A DNA stretch of 33,990 nucleotides from a virus. Its lineage: Duplodnaviria; Heunggongvirae; Uroviricota; Caudoviricetes. The stretch lies in the IMG/VR virus record IMGVR_UViG_2737471857_000019; one strand, given 5' to 3'. Of the stretch, positions 24,484 to 33,990 are shown piece by piece. The notes below the pieces were generated by a model. The model made no database searches. It was not told where the DNA came from and was given only the letters and a program-made list of their open reading frames with translations. The position numbers were made by a program, and so were the translations under genes. Within the stretch, counting starts at the first letter, position 1; each line of letters opens with the position of its first letter.

Positions 24484-26695
24484 TTTCAAAGTTGGCATGA
24501 CCCTGACTGCGAAGGACGAAGCCTCGCAGGTTCTGGAAAAGGGAAAAAAGAAGGTTGTAAAAGCCACTGAAGGAGTGGAAAAAGCAACCAAAAAGGCAGG
24601 TCAGGAACAGAAACGCACCGATGATGAGAGCGTCAACAGCACAAAAAGGGTTGTCACCGAATTACAGCGTGCAGCCCGTGCCCGGGAAACGCTTGGCATC
24701 CGTTCGGAGCATGAAATCCGTCGGGAAATCGCCCTTACTGAAGCCAGTTATAACCGCCTTGCCCGTAGTGGCGTTATGTCTGCCCGCGAACAGGCGCGGG
24801 CATGGCGTGCCACGAAAGAGCAAATCCGGGAACTGAAGCGGGAAATGCGTGGTGTCGGCACGCTGGCAAAGGCGGCCAATATTGGCGGCAACGTCCTGAC
24901 GATTGGTGGTGGTATCGCAGCAGGTGCGGCCATTATGGCGCAGCCGGTCAAAAAGCAGATGAGCTACGAACGCCGGCTGGCAATGATGGCCAATACCGCC
25001 TTCAGTGATGGCGGGCTGGAAGGGCGCAGGGCTGGTCTTGAGCAGATGAAAAGCAGCATCCGTAACGCGGTGACCTATGGCGGCGGTACGAAAGAAGACG
25101 CAGCCGAAACACTGGATGCCCTGCTGAAAGACGGCATTTCATTTGACACAGCCAACAAGTGGCTGCCTGAACTGATGAAATACGCCACGGCTTCTGGTGC
25201 ATCTGCAACAGACCTGGCCAACGTAATGGTCAAAGGAAAAAAGACCTTTGGATTCAGGGATGAAGATATTTCCACCGTTCTGAATATGGCGATTGCAGCG
25301 GGCAAAGAAGGCAGCTTTGAACTGAACGACATGGCCCGCTGGTTATCCCAGCAAATGGGCGCTGCGTCAGCTGCGGGGATGAAAGGCAAAGATGATTTCG
25401 TCAAGATTCTGGCGCTGAATGAAGCTGCCGCCATCACGGCTGGAAGCAGTGATGAAGCCGGAAATAACGTGGTTAACCTGCTGGCAAAACTGACCAGTAA
25501 GGATATTGAAACAGCGGCTGCGGGGATAAATTACAACGGTAAGGGAATCGACTTTTCCGGCACGCTGACTGAAGCACGTGAGAATGGACTTAATCCGATA
25601 GACGCGCTGTCCAGCCTGATAGACAAAATCGTTGCCAGCGATAAACGCTATCAGGAGCTGCAAAAGAAACTGGCCTCCGCCCGGGATAAAGGCGAGCAGA
25701 CGGCTGTTTATGATTCGATGGCAACACTCCTTGAAGGCTTTGGTGTCGGAAAGCTGGTTGCAGACCGTCAGGCGTTGATGGCGTTGTTAGCCTACCGTAA
25801 CAACCCTGAATACCGGAAAAAGGTTGAAGACGCGATTAATCAGCAGCGCACCCTGCCGGAAGGCCAGCGCGCGGGTGATGTGGATTTTAACTTCATATCC
25901 GGCCTCAATGACTTTAAAACCGAACAGGCTAAAAACACGCTTGAATTTTCACAAATGGACAGCATGAAAAAGCTGGCGGATGCGTCCGGTACTGTGGCCG
26001 ATGCCATAAGCTGGGCGGGTGAAAAATTTCCGGGGCTGACCACAGCAGTGGTGGGTGCCACGACCGCGATTGAAGCGATGACCGCAGCGGCTCTGACATG
26101 GGCCGGGATCAAAATCCTGACCGGGGGTAAACCCGGTGGCAAGGCTGGCGAGGTTGTCGGTGATGTAATTGAAAACACGGTCAAAAAAGGCAAAGGATTT
26201 AAATTCCCCGGCATTGCCGGTAGCCTGCTTTCTTTCGGTGGCACCGTTACGGCACTGGCCACCGCAACCAGCCCGGAAGAAGACGCCGCCGTCGAAGGAA
26301 GCGAAGAACGCTGGAAACGCATCCGCGCCCGATATCCCCAGGAAATCATCGACGCCGCCCGCAAAAAATACCAGCCATGGTGGCAGTTTGGGGAAGGCTA
26401 TTCCACCGAAAACGAAGAATGGTTGAGGCGCTGGGAGGAAGACACGAAAAAAGCCGCATCTGATGCCCTGCCATCACCGGCGCAGGTTAACAAAGCCGCA
26501 GGAAACACAACGCCTGAACCGGCATCAACGCAACCCGGACGCATCACCCAGCCGGAATACCTCACGCACTGGGGGCCACCTGCCAGCCCCATTAATTTCA
26601 CCACACAACTGGTGCTCGATGGTCAGGTCGTGGCGGAGGCAGTGAACAAATACAACCTTCAGGACGGTAACAGAGGCACGGGAGGAACTTACTGA
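24473..26695 (+). CDS. tail tape measure protein
   Basis: 740 aa Ala/Gly-rich protein between the chaperone and the DNA circularisation gene. Confidence 0.8.
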   Translation: MAGNFKVGMTLTAKDEASQVLEKGKKKVVKATEGVEKATKKAGQEQKRTDDESVNSTKRVVTELQRAARARETLGIRSEHEIRREIALTEASYNRLARSGVMSAREQARAWRATKEQIRELKREMRGVGTLAKAANIGGNVLTIGGGIAAGAAIMAQPVKKQMSYERRLAMMANTAFSDGGLEGRRAGLEQMKSSIRNAVTYGGGTKEDAAETLDALLKDGISFDTANKWLPELMKYATASGASATDLANVMVKGKKTFGFRDEDISTVLNMAIAAGKEGSFELNDMARWLSQQMGAASAAGMKGKDDFVKILALNEAAAITAGSSDEAGNNVVNLLAKLTSKDIETAAAGINYNGKGIDFSGTLTEARENGLNPIDALSSLIDKIVASDKRYQELQKKLASARDKGEQTAVYDSMATLLEGFGVGKLVADRQALMALLAYRNNPEYRKKVEDAINQQRTLPEGQRAGDVDFNFISGLNDFKTEQAKNTLEFSQMDSMKKLADASGTVADAISWAGEKFPGLTTAVVGATTAIEAMTAAALTWAGIKILTGGKPGGKAGEVVGDVIENTVKKGKGFKFPGIAGSLLSFGGTVTALATATSPEEDAAVEGSEERWKRIRARYPQEIIDAARKKYQPWWQFGEGYSTENEEWLRRWEEDTKKAASDALPSPAQVNKAAGNTTPEPASTQPGRITQPEYLTHWGPPASPINFTTQLVLDGQVVAEAVNKYNLQDGNRGTGGTY

Positions 26696-27915
26696 TGGGC
26701 TGGGCTGAAAACCTGCAAAACGCTTCCTTTCGCGGTGTGCAGTTTGATGTACTGAACACGGATGAGCAAATCAGCCGCGACCATGCGGCCTATGAATACC
26801 CGTTTGTTGACGGGGCGGATTTGCACGACCTCGGACGCAAGGCGCGACCGTTCCGCATGACGGCGTTCCTGTGGGGGGAGTATTACGAATATAAACTCGA
26901 AAAGCTGATCGCCGCCCTGGACGAAGGCGGCGATGGTGAGCTGATTCATCCGGTTTACGGCTCCGTACCGTCGGTGATTGTGACCGGCTACAGCATTCGC
27001 CATGACGCAGAAAGCCCGGACAGCTGCACCATCGACATGAGCTTTCTGGAGAACCGCACCGGCAGCGCGTTGTTCAGCACCCCGTTACCGGAGCTGTTTG
27101 CACAGCAGTTATTTGAAGAACTGGATAAGTTACTGGCACAGTTAAGCGAATTATTTGACGCTGTTACGGCCCCTTTAAAGACCATTAACAGCGTGATTAA
27201 AAAAATCCAGACGGTACGTGCCACGCTGGTGAATACCCTGCTGATGTTCAAAAGCGATTTTCTCTCATCCATCGACAATATGATGTCACTGGCCAGCGAA
27301 CCCGGAAAGTTTATCGGCGGGCTGGCAGAGGTGCTGGAAATCCACACGTCAGATGTCGGGCACGCGCTGCCGGTCGCACTGGTCAGCGGCGATAAAACGC
27401 CGTCTGTGGCACTTCCGCCGGATGCGTCCGTGGAAGACGTGCAGGACGTGAAAGCGGCTTATGCGGTTCTGGCAGCCTCAGAGCTGGCCAGCGTGGCGAC
27501 GGCGATACTGTCAGATGAGGCCCAGTCAGAGCAGCTTATACCGGCGGATATCGGGCGACTGGTCGGGGATGTGCGCACCCGCTTACAGGCCGCCATCACG
27601 CTGTTCCGTGAACGCTATGAAGGCGAACGCGAACGGATAACCGAAACCGCATCACCGCTGGGGCTGATGTACCCGGAAATTATTCAGAGCATGAAGAACG
27701 TGGCGGCATCCGTGCAGGATGTCGGCCTGCTGGTGCTTTCACGCCGCCCACCGCTGACGCAGAAACAGGTGCAGGCGGACAGTTGTCTGCTGTTGCTGGC
27801 GTGGCAGTGGTACGGCGATTACAGCCGTGCGGCAGAGCTGCAACGTCTGAACCCGCAACTGCGTGACCCGAACAACATAACCGCCGGGATGGTGATTAAT
27901 GCCTATGCAAAATAA
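26695..27915 (+). CDS. DNA circularisation protein (Mu N-like)
   Basis: N-terminus ASFRGVQFDV...GRKARPF...TAFLWGEYY matches the DNA circularisation N-terminal domain as recalled. Confidence 0.75.
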   Translation: MGWAENLQNASFRGVQFDVLNTDEQISRDHAAYEYPFVDGADLHDLGRKARPFRMTAFLWGEYYEYKLEKLIAALDEGGDGELIHPVYGSVPSVIVTGYSIRHDAESPDSCTIDMSFLENRTGSALFSTPLPELFAQQLFEELDKLLAQLSELFDAVTAPLKTINSVIKKIQTVRATLVNTLLMFKSDFLSSIDNMMSLASEPGKFIGGLAEVLEIHTSDVGHALPVALVSGDKTPSVALPPDASVEDVQDVKAAYAVLAASELASVATAILSDEAQSEQLIPADIGRLVGDVRTRLQAAITLFRERYEGERERITETASPLGLMYPEIIQSMKNVAASVQDVGLLVLSRRPPLTQKQVQADSCLLLLAWQWYGDYSRAAELQRLNPQLRDPNNITAGMVINAYAK

Positions 27916-29110
27916 CGACGACAAAATCAGCCTGGTCATTGCCGGAAGGTCGCATTCTGACTGGAGCAGTTATCGTATTGACAGCGATTTCCTGAAAGCC
28001 GCCGACGGCTGGCAGCTTCAGCTGGGACTGCCTGAAAAGGTGTTCCCGGCGGATATCGTCCGGGGTGCGCCGGTCCGTTTGCAGGTGGGAGACGAGACGG
28101 TCCTCAGTGGTCGCGTGGACAGCGTGCGCCGCAGTGTATCCCGTCAGAGCTGCACGCTGACCCTGTCCGGGCGTGATGATGCCGCCATTCTGGTGGACTG
28201 TGCCGCGCCGGTGTTCAGCGCCAATCAGCTGACGCTGGACGAGGTCATCGACAGGATTGTCAGACCGCTGGGGATACAGCGCATCCGTATTCAGGCGTCC
28301 GGTGTGTCACGTAATGACAAGGTCGTTATAGAGCCGGGGATGCGTGCGTGGGATGCACTGGCCAAAGCTGCCGCCGGTCGCGGCTTATGGCCGTGGTTTG
28401 AGCCTGACGGTACGCTGGTTGTGGGTGGTCCTGACTACACCACCACGCCGGTGGATACACTGATTCTGAAGCTGGACGGTACCGGGAACAACGTGATGGA
28501 GCTGGACGATACCCGGTCCATTAACGGCTGTTTCTCCGAACTGACAGTGCTGGCCCAGAGCCACGCCCGCCGCGCAGACAGCAAGAAACAGGTGGCCGTG
28601 GTGCCGCTGGATATCTGGAACGAGGACGGCAGCGTGCGCACATTGTCCGGGCAGGACAGCGGTAATACGGACAGTGGCCAGACGGGCATTCATAACATGA
28701 AAGCCGTGGCCACCGACCCCACCGTGGATTATTACCGCCCGCAGATAATCACCCAGGGCGACACCAGTAACATGGAGCAGGTGAACTGGCGCGCCAAAAA
28801 AATGATGAGTGATGCCCGTCTGTCGGGGCTGGATATCGTCGCACTGGTTGCAGGTCATCGCACGGCGGACGGTGTCCTGTGGCAGCCCGGCCAGCGTGTG
28901 CGGATTGTCAGCGAACCCCACGGCATTGATTCCATCTTTTTCCTGATGGGGCGTGAGTTCAGCGGAGGCCGGAGCGGGCAGACAACCCGGCTCCGCTTTA
29001 AGGAGGATGGCGTGTGGATACCTGATGCCTTCCCGCGCGAGAAGAAACGCCATCACCGCAGGGGCAAAAAGAAAAAAGAGGTCGCCATTGTTAAGGTCTG
29101 GGAGAAATGA
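27899..29110 (+). CDS. baseplate hub protein (Mu P / gp44-like)
   Basis: 403 aa ORF following the N-like gene; Mu synteny. Confidence 0.65.
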   Translation: MPMQNNDDKISLVIAGRSHSDWSSYRIDSDFLKAADGWQLQLGLPEKVFPADIVRGAPVRLQVGDETVLSGRVDSVRRSVSRQSCTLTLSGRDDAAILVDCAAPVFSANQLTLDEVIDRIVRPLGIQRIRIQASGVSRNDKVVIEPGMRAWDALAKAAAGRGLWPWFEPDGTLVVGGPDYTTTPVDTLILKLDGTGNNVMELDDTRSINGCFSELTVLAQSHARRADSKKQVAVVPLDIWNEDGSVRTLSGQDSGNTDSGQTGIHNMKAVATDPTVDYYRPQIITQGDTSNMEQVNWRAKKMMSDARLSGLDIVALVAGHRTADGVLWQPGQRVRIVSEPHGIDSIFFLMGREFSGGRSGQTTRLRFKEDGVWIPDAFPREKKRHHRRGKKKKEVAIVKVWEK

Positions 29111-29763
29111 TGTGGGACAAGGTTAATCAGCGCATACAGCAGGCACTGGCCGCCGTTCGCCAGGCATTCAGGGTGGTGACCGGTACGGTGGACAGTTCGA
29201 CCAAAGTACAGTTGCTTCAGCTGAACGGGCTGGCAGGCGAACAGCTGGACGGTGCGGAGTATTTTCAACATTACGGCCTCACCACATCCCCGCCGCCCGG
29301 CTCGATGGGTATTGCCGTTCCGCTGAATGGTAATACCTCCCATACCGTCGTCGTGGCCACAGAGCACGGCGCATATCGCCTGACGGAACTGAAACCCGGG
29401 GAAGTGGCCCTGTATACCGACGAAGGCGCGAAAATTGTGCTGAAGCGCGGACGTGTGATTGAAACGGAGTGTGATATTTACCGGGTGAAATGTAATTCGT
29501 TTGAAGTTGAAGCAAAGGACAGCGCTGGTTTTATTACTCCCCAACTTACCGCAAGTGAGCAATTAATTGCTGAAGGGAAAATATCCGGTAATGGGGGTAT
29601 GGCCATTAAAGGTGGCAAAGGAAAATATACTGCCACCTTTGAAGGCAATATCAACCACACAAGCGGTGTGATTACCTCCGTTGACGTCACCATTAATGGC
29701 GTTAAAATCGGAACGCACAAACACCCGACCCCACACGGCATGTCTGACACGCCGGTTAATTAA
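29107..29763 (+). CDS. baseplate spike / assembly protein V (Mu gp45-like)
   Basis: 218 aa ORF after the hub gene; Mu synteny. Confidence 0.65.
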   Translation: MMWDKVNQRIQQALAAVRQAFRVVTGTVDSSTKVQLLQLNGLAGEQLDGAEYFQHYGLTTSPPPGSMGIAVPLNGNTSHTVVVATEHGAYRLTELKPGEVALYTDEGAKIVLKRGRVIETECDIYRVKCNSFEVEAKDSAGFITPQLTASEQLIAEGKISGNGGMAIKGGKGKYTATFEGNINHTSGVITSVDVTINGVKIGTHKHPTPHGMSDTPVN

Positions 29764-29781
29764 GTGCTGAACACCCTCACC
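29764..29781 (+). promoter_or_regulatory. late-block dyad motif copy C (GTGCTGAACACCCTCACC)
   Basis: Starts immediately after the gp45 stop codon, 36 nt upstream of the gp46 ATG. Confidence 0.5.
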
Positions 29782-29816
29782 TGATTCTGACCTGTCCATG
29801 CTGCCAGACTGGCGGC

Positions 29817-30167
29817 ATGGACCAGACGATTTCACCTGCAACCGGCGACTACGAACGCCGCCGGATTTATACACTCCATAACGCGGTTTATCTGCGACTG
29901 GCGACACCGCTTGGCAGTTACTGGGCGGATGCGTCGCTGGGGTCACGCCTGCACGAACTGAAGCGGGAAAAAGACGTTTCCCGTGTTCACAGGCTGGCGG
30001 CGCAGTATGCCAGCCAGGCACTTCAGCCCCTGCTTGATGACGGGCGGGCAAAATCCATTACCGTTGACACGAAAGCGGGCCAGCGAGGCTGGCTGTTGCT
30101 GTTAATCACCGTCACGGATAACGCGGGCACACCGCAGACGTTTGAACACCCTGTGAGGATTATGTAA
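29817..30167 (+). CDS. baseplate protein (Mu gp46-like)
   Basis: 116 aa ORF between the spike and J-like genes. Confidence 0.6.
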   Translation: MDQTISPATGDYERRRIYTLHNAVYLRLATPLGSYWADASLGSRLHELKREKDVSRVHRLAAQYASQALQPLLDDGRAKSITVDTKAGQRGWLLLLITVTDNAGTPQTFEHPVRIM

Positions 30168-31246
30168 TGCCGTTTCCTGTTCCGGGCGTTGCTGAAAACA
30201 CAGAACGCCAGCTACGTGATATCGCTAACGCCCTGCCGGGAGAAACCATCGACACCGGCGCTGACAGCGATTACCGCATTCGTGCAAATGCCGTATCCGG
30301 CGTGGCGGACGGACTTTATATGCATCAGGGATGGATCCTCCGTCAGGTGTTTCCTGACACGGCAGACCCTGAATATCTGGAGCTGCACTGCCGTACGCGC
30401 AATGTTTTTCGTAAAAAAGCAACGGCCTCATCCGGTCCGGTAGTGATTACCGGCACACCCGGTAAGACGCTGCCAGCCGGTGCGGAAATTCGTGGTGAAG
30501 GTGTCAGCGTGGCCACCACAGCAGACTGCACCATCGGTGATGAAGGCAGCGCAGAGGTGACGGTAAAAAGCACCGCCACGGGTGTACAGACGAACGCATC
30601 CGCAACGCAGACGGCAACGCTGGTCAGCCCGCCGGAAGGCATCAACAGCACGGTGACGATTAAATCCCTGACCGGTGGAACGGACAGGGAAAGTGACACC
30701 GACCTGCTGGCGCGTTATCTGGATATCCTGCGCAGGCCGCCCGCTGGCGGTAACAAATATGATTACAAACGCTGGGCGCTGGAAGTGGATGGCGTTACCT
30801 CAGCATATGTGGAGCCGTTACGTCGTGGGTTGGGGACGGTTGATGTGGCCATTACGTCAGCCAATGACCTCCCTTCGCAGGAACTGATTAATGCCGTGCT
30901 GGCACATATTGAGGAAGTCCGCCCGGTCACAGCGAAGGACACAATGGTACTGGCCCCGACGAAAAAAGCCGTTGATTTCGTTGTTCGGGTAAAAACCAGC
31001 GGCCTGACCGTTGAGCAGATAAAACCGCAGATAACTGACGTTATCACGGATTTTATGAACCGGCTGGAGCCGGGGCAGGAATTAATAATTTCACAACTGG
31101 AAACCCAGATTTCATTAATTTCCGGTGTCAGTGACCGGCGAATCATTACGCCAGCAGACAACGTAAAAGCCATTATTAACGCGTCAACGTGGGAATGGCT
31201 GCGCCCGGGAAATATTGATATTCAGTCTTTTCCACGTGAGGGGTGA
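30167..31246 (+). CDS. baseplate J-like protein (Mu gp47)
   Basis: 359 aa ORF; Mu/P2 baseplate synteny. Confidence 0.7.
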   Translation: MPFPVPGVAENTERQLRDIANALPGETIDTGADSDYRIRANAVSGVADGLYMHQGWILRQVFPDTADPEYLELHCRTRNVFRKKATASSGPVVITGTPGKTLPAGAEIRGEGVSVATTADCTIGDEGSAEVTVKSTATGVQTNASATQTATLVSPPEGINSTVTIKSLTGGTDRESDTDLLARYLDILRRPPAGGNKYDYKRWALEVDGVTSAYVEPLRRGLGTVDVAITSANDLPSQELINAVLAHIEEVRPVTAKDTMVLAPTKKAVDFVVRVKTSGLTVEQIKPQITDVITDFMNRLEPGQELIISQLETQISLISGVSDRRIITPADNVKAIINASTWEWLRPGNIDIQSFPREG

Positions 31247-31250
31247 TTTT

Positions 31251-31823
31251 ATGAATATGGTCGATTTATTTCGCGCCATGCTGCCACCTGTCAGTTATGA
31301 CCTGAACGGGAAATATATTTCCGCAGAACTGACAGCCGAGGCTGACGTCATGGAGGCCGTGAAGGCCTCAGCGGCGCGCGTTCTGGCACAAATCACCCCG
31401 TTGCAGGCATCGATGACGCTGTCCGACTGGGAGCGCGTGTACAGTGTTGTCCCCCGTGAAGAGGCAACACAACAGGAGCGGCGGCAGAACATTCTGGTAA
31501 AAATGGCAGCCACTGGCGGACTGTCAATCCCTTACTTTAAGAGCCTTGCCGCCAGTCTGGGCTATACCATCACCATTACGGAGCCGCGACCGTTCCGGGT
31601 GGGGATAAACCGCTGCGGCGACCGTCTGCTGATACCGGAAATCCGCTGGGCGTGGCAGGTCAACGTTATCGGGACAAAAACACCGGTCTACCGGTTCAGA
31701 ACGGGCGCATCGGCAACCGGCGAACCTCTGACGGCCTTTGGTGAATCCATTTTAGAAAACACGTTTAAAGACCTTAAACCGGCTTTTACAGACTGTTATT
31801 TTACGTATGAGGTGGAGGAATAA
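31251..31823 (+). CDS. tail protein (Mu gp48-like, DUF2313)
   Basis: ATG 31251 with GAGGGGTGA SD (track start 31215 is TTG); follows the J-like gene. Confidence 0.6.
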   Translation: MNMVDLFRAMLPPVSYDLNGKYISAELTAEADVMEAVKASAARVLAQITPLQASMTLSDWERVYSVVPREEATQQERRQNILVKMAATGGLSIPYFKSLAASLGYTITITEPRPFRVGINRCGDRLLIPEIRWAWQVNVIGTKTPVYRFRTGASATGEPLTAFGESILENTFKDLKPAFTDCYFTYEVEE

Positions 31824-32626
31824 TGCAGAATTTAATGCCCCCGGTGAATACGCCGGATAAGTTATTTCATGATGGTGACCCGACTCAGGGAATTGAGGGA
31901 ACCATCGTTACTGCTGAATTTATGAATAATCATCAGGCAGCAACGCGTGATTTGCAGCAGGAGGTGATTAACGTCCTTAAAGAGGCTGGCGTCACCCCTG
32001 ACCCGGAAAAACAAAACCAGCTGGTTGAGGCGCTGACCTCGTTTATTGGTCAGAAAGTCCCGGATGCATCACTGACGCAAAAAGGCGTGGTGCAGCTTAA
32101 CAGTGCTGTTAACAGTGAATCAGAAACAGAAGCTGCCACACCAAAAGCGGTCAAAATTGCGATAGATAACGCAAACGCCAGACTGGCAAAAGACCGTAAC
32201 GGCGCAGACATCCCGAATAAACAGTTGTTTCTGGATAACATCAGCGGTGTGCCAAAAGCACGCAAGGTCAACGGTATGGCCCTGACTTCGGATATCACCA
32301 TCAGCAGCATCAGCGGCAACGCCGGAACAGCAACCCGCCTTCAGAACGCCCGCAGAATCAACAATGTGCTGTTTGATGGCTCCAGCGATATCACAATCAC
32401 CAGTACCGATTCTGGTGCTGTGCGTAATTTCCAGTATACCAACGAGGTGTTTCATAATCCCGGCGGTACTGAAATTACATGGACATTCCGGGCACCTTCC
32501 GGCTGTCAGTTGTCAGGCATTTATGTCCAGGAAACGGGAGATAATACAGCAGACAATATCGGTGGTGTGTATTACAAATCCGCGCAGATTTATATCAATG
32601 GCTCATGGCGCACCGTATCCGGTTAA
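31823..32626 (+). CDS. tail fibre protein (short, 267 aa)
   Basis: Motif TQKGVVQLNSAVNSESETEAATPKAVK typical of phage tail-fibre N-terminal regions; followed by a Tfa-like gene. Confidence 0.7.
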   Translation: MQNLMPPVNTPDKLFHDGDPTQGIEGTIVTAEFMNNHQAATRDLQQEVINVLKEAGVTPDPEKQNQLVEALTSFIGQKVPDASLTQKGVVQLNSAVNSESETEAATPKAVKIAIDNANARLAKDRNGADIPNKQLFLDNISGVPKARKVNGMALTSDITISSISGNAGTATRLQNARRINNVLFDGSSDITITSTDSGAVRNFQYTNEVFHNPGGTEITWTFRAPSGCQLSGIYVQETGDNTADNIGGVYYKSAQIYINGSWRTVSG

Positions 32627-32640
32627 TTAAGGAGAAAATA

Positions 32641-33165
32641 ATGGAACTCAGAAACGTCACGCGTTATTACCCGGAAGAAATGCCTTATGGTGAAAACATT
32701 CAGTATTTCCGCAGTGAAGACGGACAGGATTTTTATGAATCACTGGATAAATTCACGAAGAAATACAAATTGTGTATTCACCCTGAAACCGGCGTGATTT
32801 ATTCGATGGCGGAAGACGTGTCCCGTCTTTATCCGGCTGGTTTCACTATTGTGGAAGTGGACGAACTGCCGGAGGGTTTTGGCATTGAAGCCTGCTGGTA
32901 TTACCGGGATGGCGAAGTGCTGCCGGTTCCGGTTGATTATTCGCAACTGGCAGAAAAGCAACGCCAGCGTCTTCTGGCTGAAGCCAGGGACATCACCTCC
33001 GACTGGAAAACCGAGCTGGGACTGGGCACCATCAGCGACGATGACAAAGCCCGTCTTACGCAGTGGATGGCATATATCAAAGCGGTGAAGGCGCTCGATT
33101 TAAGCCTGGTCAGTGATAAATCTTCCTTTGATTTAATTCAGTGGCCGGAAAAACCTGACGTGTAA
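32641..33165 (+). CDS. tail fibre assembly chaperone (Tfa / Mu U-like)
   Basis: ATG behind AAGGAG; C-terminus resembles the lambda Tfa family as recalled. Confidence 0.65.
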   Translation: MELRNVTRYYPEEMPYGENIQYFRSEDGQDFYESLDKFTKKYKLCIHPETGVIYSMAEDVSRLYPAGFTIVEVDELPEGFGIEACWYYRDGEVLPVPVDYSQLAEKQRQRLLAEARDITSDWKTELGLGTISDDDKARLTQWMAYIKAVKALDLSLVSDKSSFDLIQWPEKPDV

Positions 33166-33171
33166 AACAGT

Positions 33172-33197
33172 AACGGTCGCTGTCTGGTGACCGTTTT
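33172..33197 (+). terminator. rho-independent terminator after the tail-fibre assembly gene
   Basis: Stem AACGGTC/GACCGTT with a 10 nt loop, followed by TTTT. Confidence 0.6.
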
Positions 33198-33213
33198 CAG
33201 TTCAGAAGGCTTT

Positions 33214-33990
33214 ATGTCTGTATTAATTTCAGGAGCGCTGATTAATGGCGCTGGCATTCCGATGGCGGAATGCAAAATTTATTTAGATGCACTGGTTAAT
33301 ACCAGTGAAGTGGTTATTGAATCATTTGCGGTTATTGAAACCGATGCGGCGGGACAGTATGCCTTTGAAGCACAAAAAGGCAAATACACCGTACACATCA
33401 AACAAAAGAACGGCCCTAAGTGCTGTGTGGGTGATATTTCGGTTTACGATGACTCAAAGCCCGGCACACTGAATGATTTTCTGACCGCGCTGGATGAAGG
33501 CGACCTCAAGCCCGACGTGGTGAAACGCTTTGAGGAAATGGTGGCGCAGGCGCAGCAGAGCGCGGAAGCAGCAGCGGAAAGCGAGCGACAGGCCGGGCAA
33601 CATGTCGCTGATGCGCAGAAGATAAAGGAAGACTGCGAGACGCTGGCGGATAACGTACAGCAGAATGCAGAAGCCGTTGCCGAAGACAAAAATCAGGTGG
33701 CGTTGCTGGCGTCATCTGCCACACAGGATGCGGCCCGCGCAGAGCAGGCTGTCAAGGATGCCGACACGATAGTCCGGAAAGCGGTCGATAAACTTGCTGA
33801 TGCCGCAACGCTGACCGGCGAGGCAAAGGCCAGTGCCGAAGCTGCCGCACAAAGCGAACAGAATGCGGAAAATCACGCTGATAATGCAGCACAAAGCGCA
33901 CAGCAGACCGCGCAGGATGTGGAGGCAACGGTCACCGCACGTGATGATGCGGAACGTTTTGCGGGTGAGGCAGAAAACAGCGCACAGACA
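33214..33990 (+). CDS. second tail fibre, lambda Stf-like N-terminal domain with Ala-rich coiled-coil shaft; 5' partial, runs off the window
   Basis: MSVLISGALINGAGIPMAECKIYLDALVNTSEVVI...GTLNDFLTALDEGDLKPDVVKRFEEMV resembles the lambda Stf N-terminus as recalled; no stop before 33990. Confidence 0.65.
   Translation, partial: MSVLISGALINGAGIPMAECKIYLDALVNTSEVVIESFAVIETDAAGQYAFEAQKGKYTVHIKQKNGPKCCVGDISVYDDSKPGTLNDFLTALDEGDLKPDVVKRFEEMVAQAQQSAEAAAESERQAGQHVADAQKIKEDCETLADNVQQNAEAVAEDKNQVALLASSATQDAARAEQAVKDADTIVRKAVDKLADAATLTGEAKASAEAAAQSEQNAENHADNAAQSAQQTAQDVEATVTARDDAERFAGEAENSAQT

Noticed and set aside
31823-33990. Mu-style invertible G segment (Gin/gix) controlling the two fibre genes
   Set aside because: Both fibre genes and the chaperone are in the same orientation, and I found no gix-like inverted repeats or invertase within the window; the invertase could lie beyond the 3' edge.
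1-33990. CRISPR arrays, tRNA/rRNA genes, IS elements
   Set aside because: No regularly spaced direct repeats, no tRNA-like sequence I could recognise by eye, and no second transposase; a proper tRNA scan was not run.

Overview
The window is the greater part of a Mu-like transposable prophage from a gammaproteobacterial (enterobacterial-looking) host. Every convincing gene is on the + strand. Order: Ner-like regulator, MuA-like DDE transposase, MuB-like AAA+ ATPase, a roughly 6 kb early region of small overlapping ORFs, an intrinsic terminator, a Mor/C-family activator on its own promoter, a lysis cassette, a putative small terminase and an orphan DNA methyltransferase, then terminase, portal, head, sheath, tube, tape measure, baseplate and tail-fibre genes. 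The left end (attL, repressor) and the right end lie outside the window, and the last gene runs off the 3' edge. I saw no rRNA, tRNA, CRISPR array or IS element. All family assignments come from reading the translations, motifs and Mu synteny; no database search was run. Best candidates for something undescribed: (1) a two-gene module at 5424-6837 in which each gene carries its own copy of a ~60 bp leader containing a hairpin; (2) an AT-rich secreted small protein at 8776-9114; (3) a dyad motif repeated at the head of three late gene blocks; (4) the orphan methyltransferase between the terminase subunits; (5) an apparent 23 bp duplication that frameshifts the virion morphogenesis gene; (6) a lambda Stf-like second tail fibre behind a terminator. 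GC statements are by eye, not computed.
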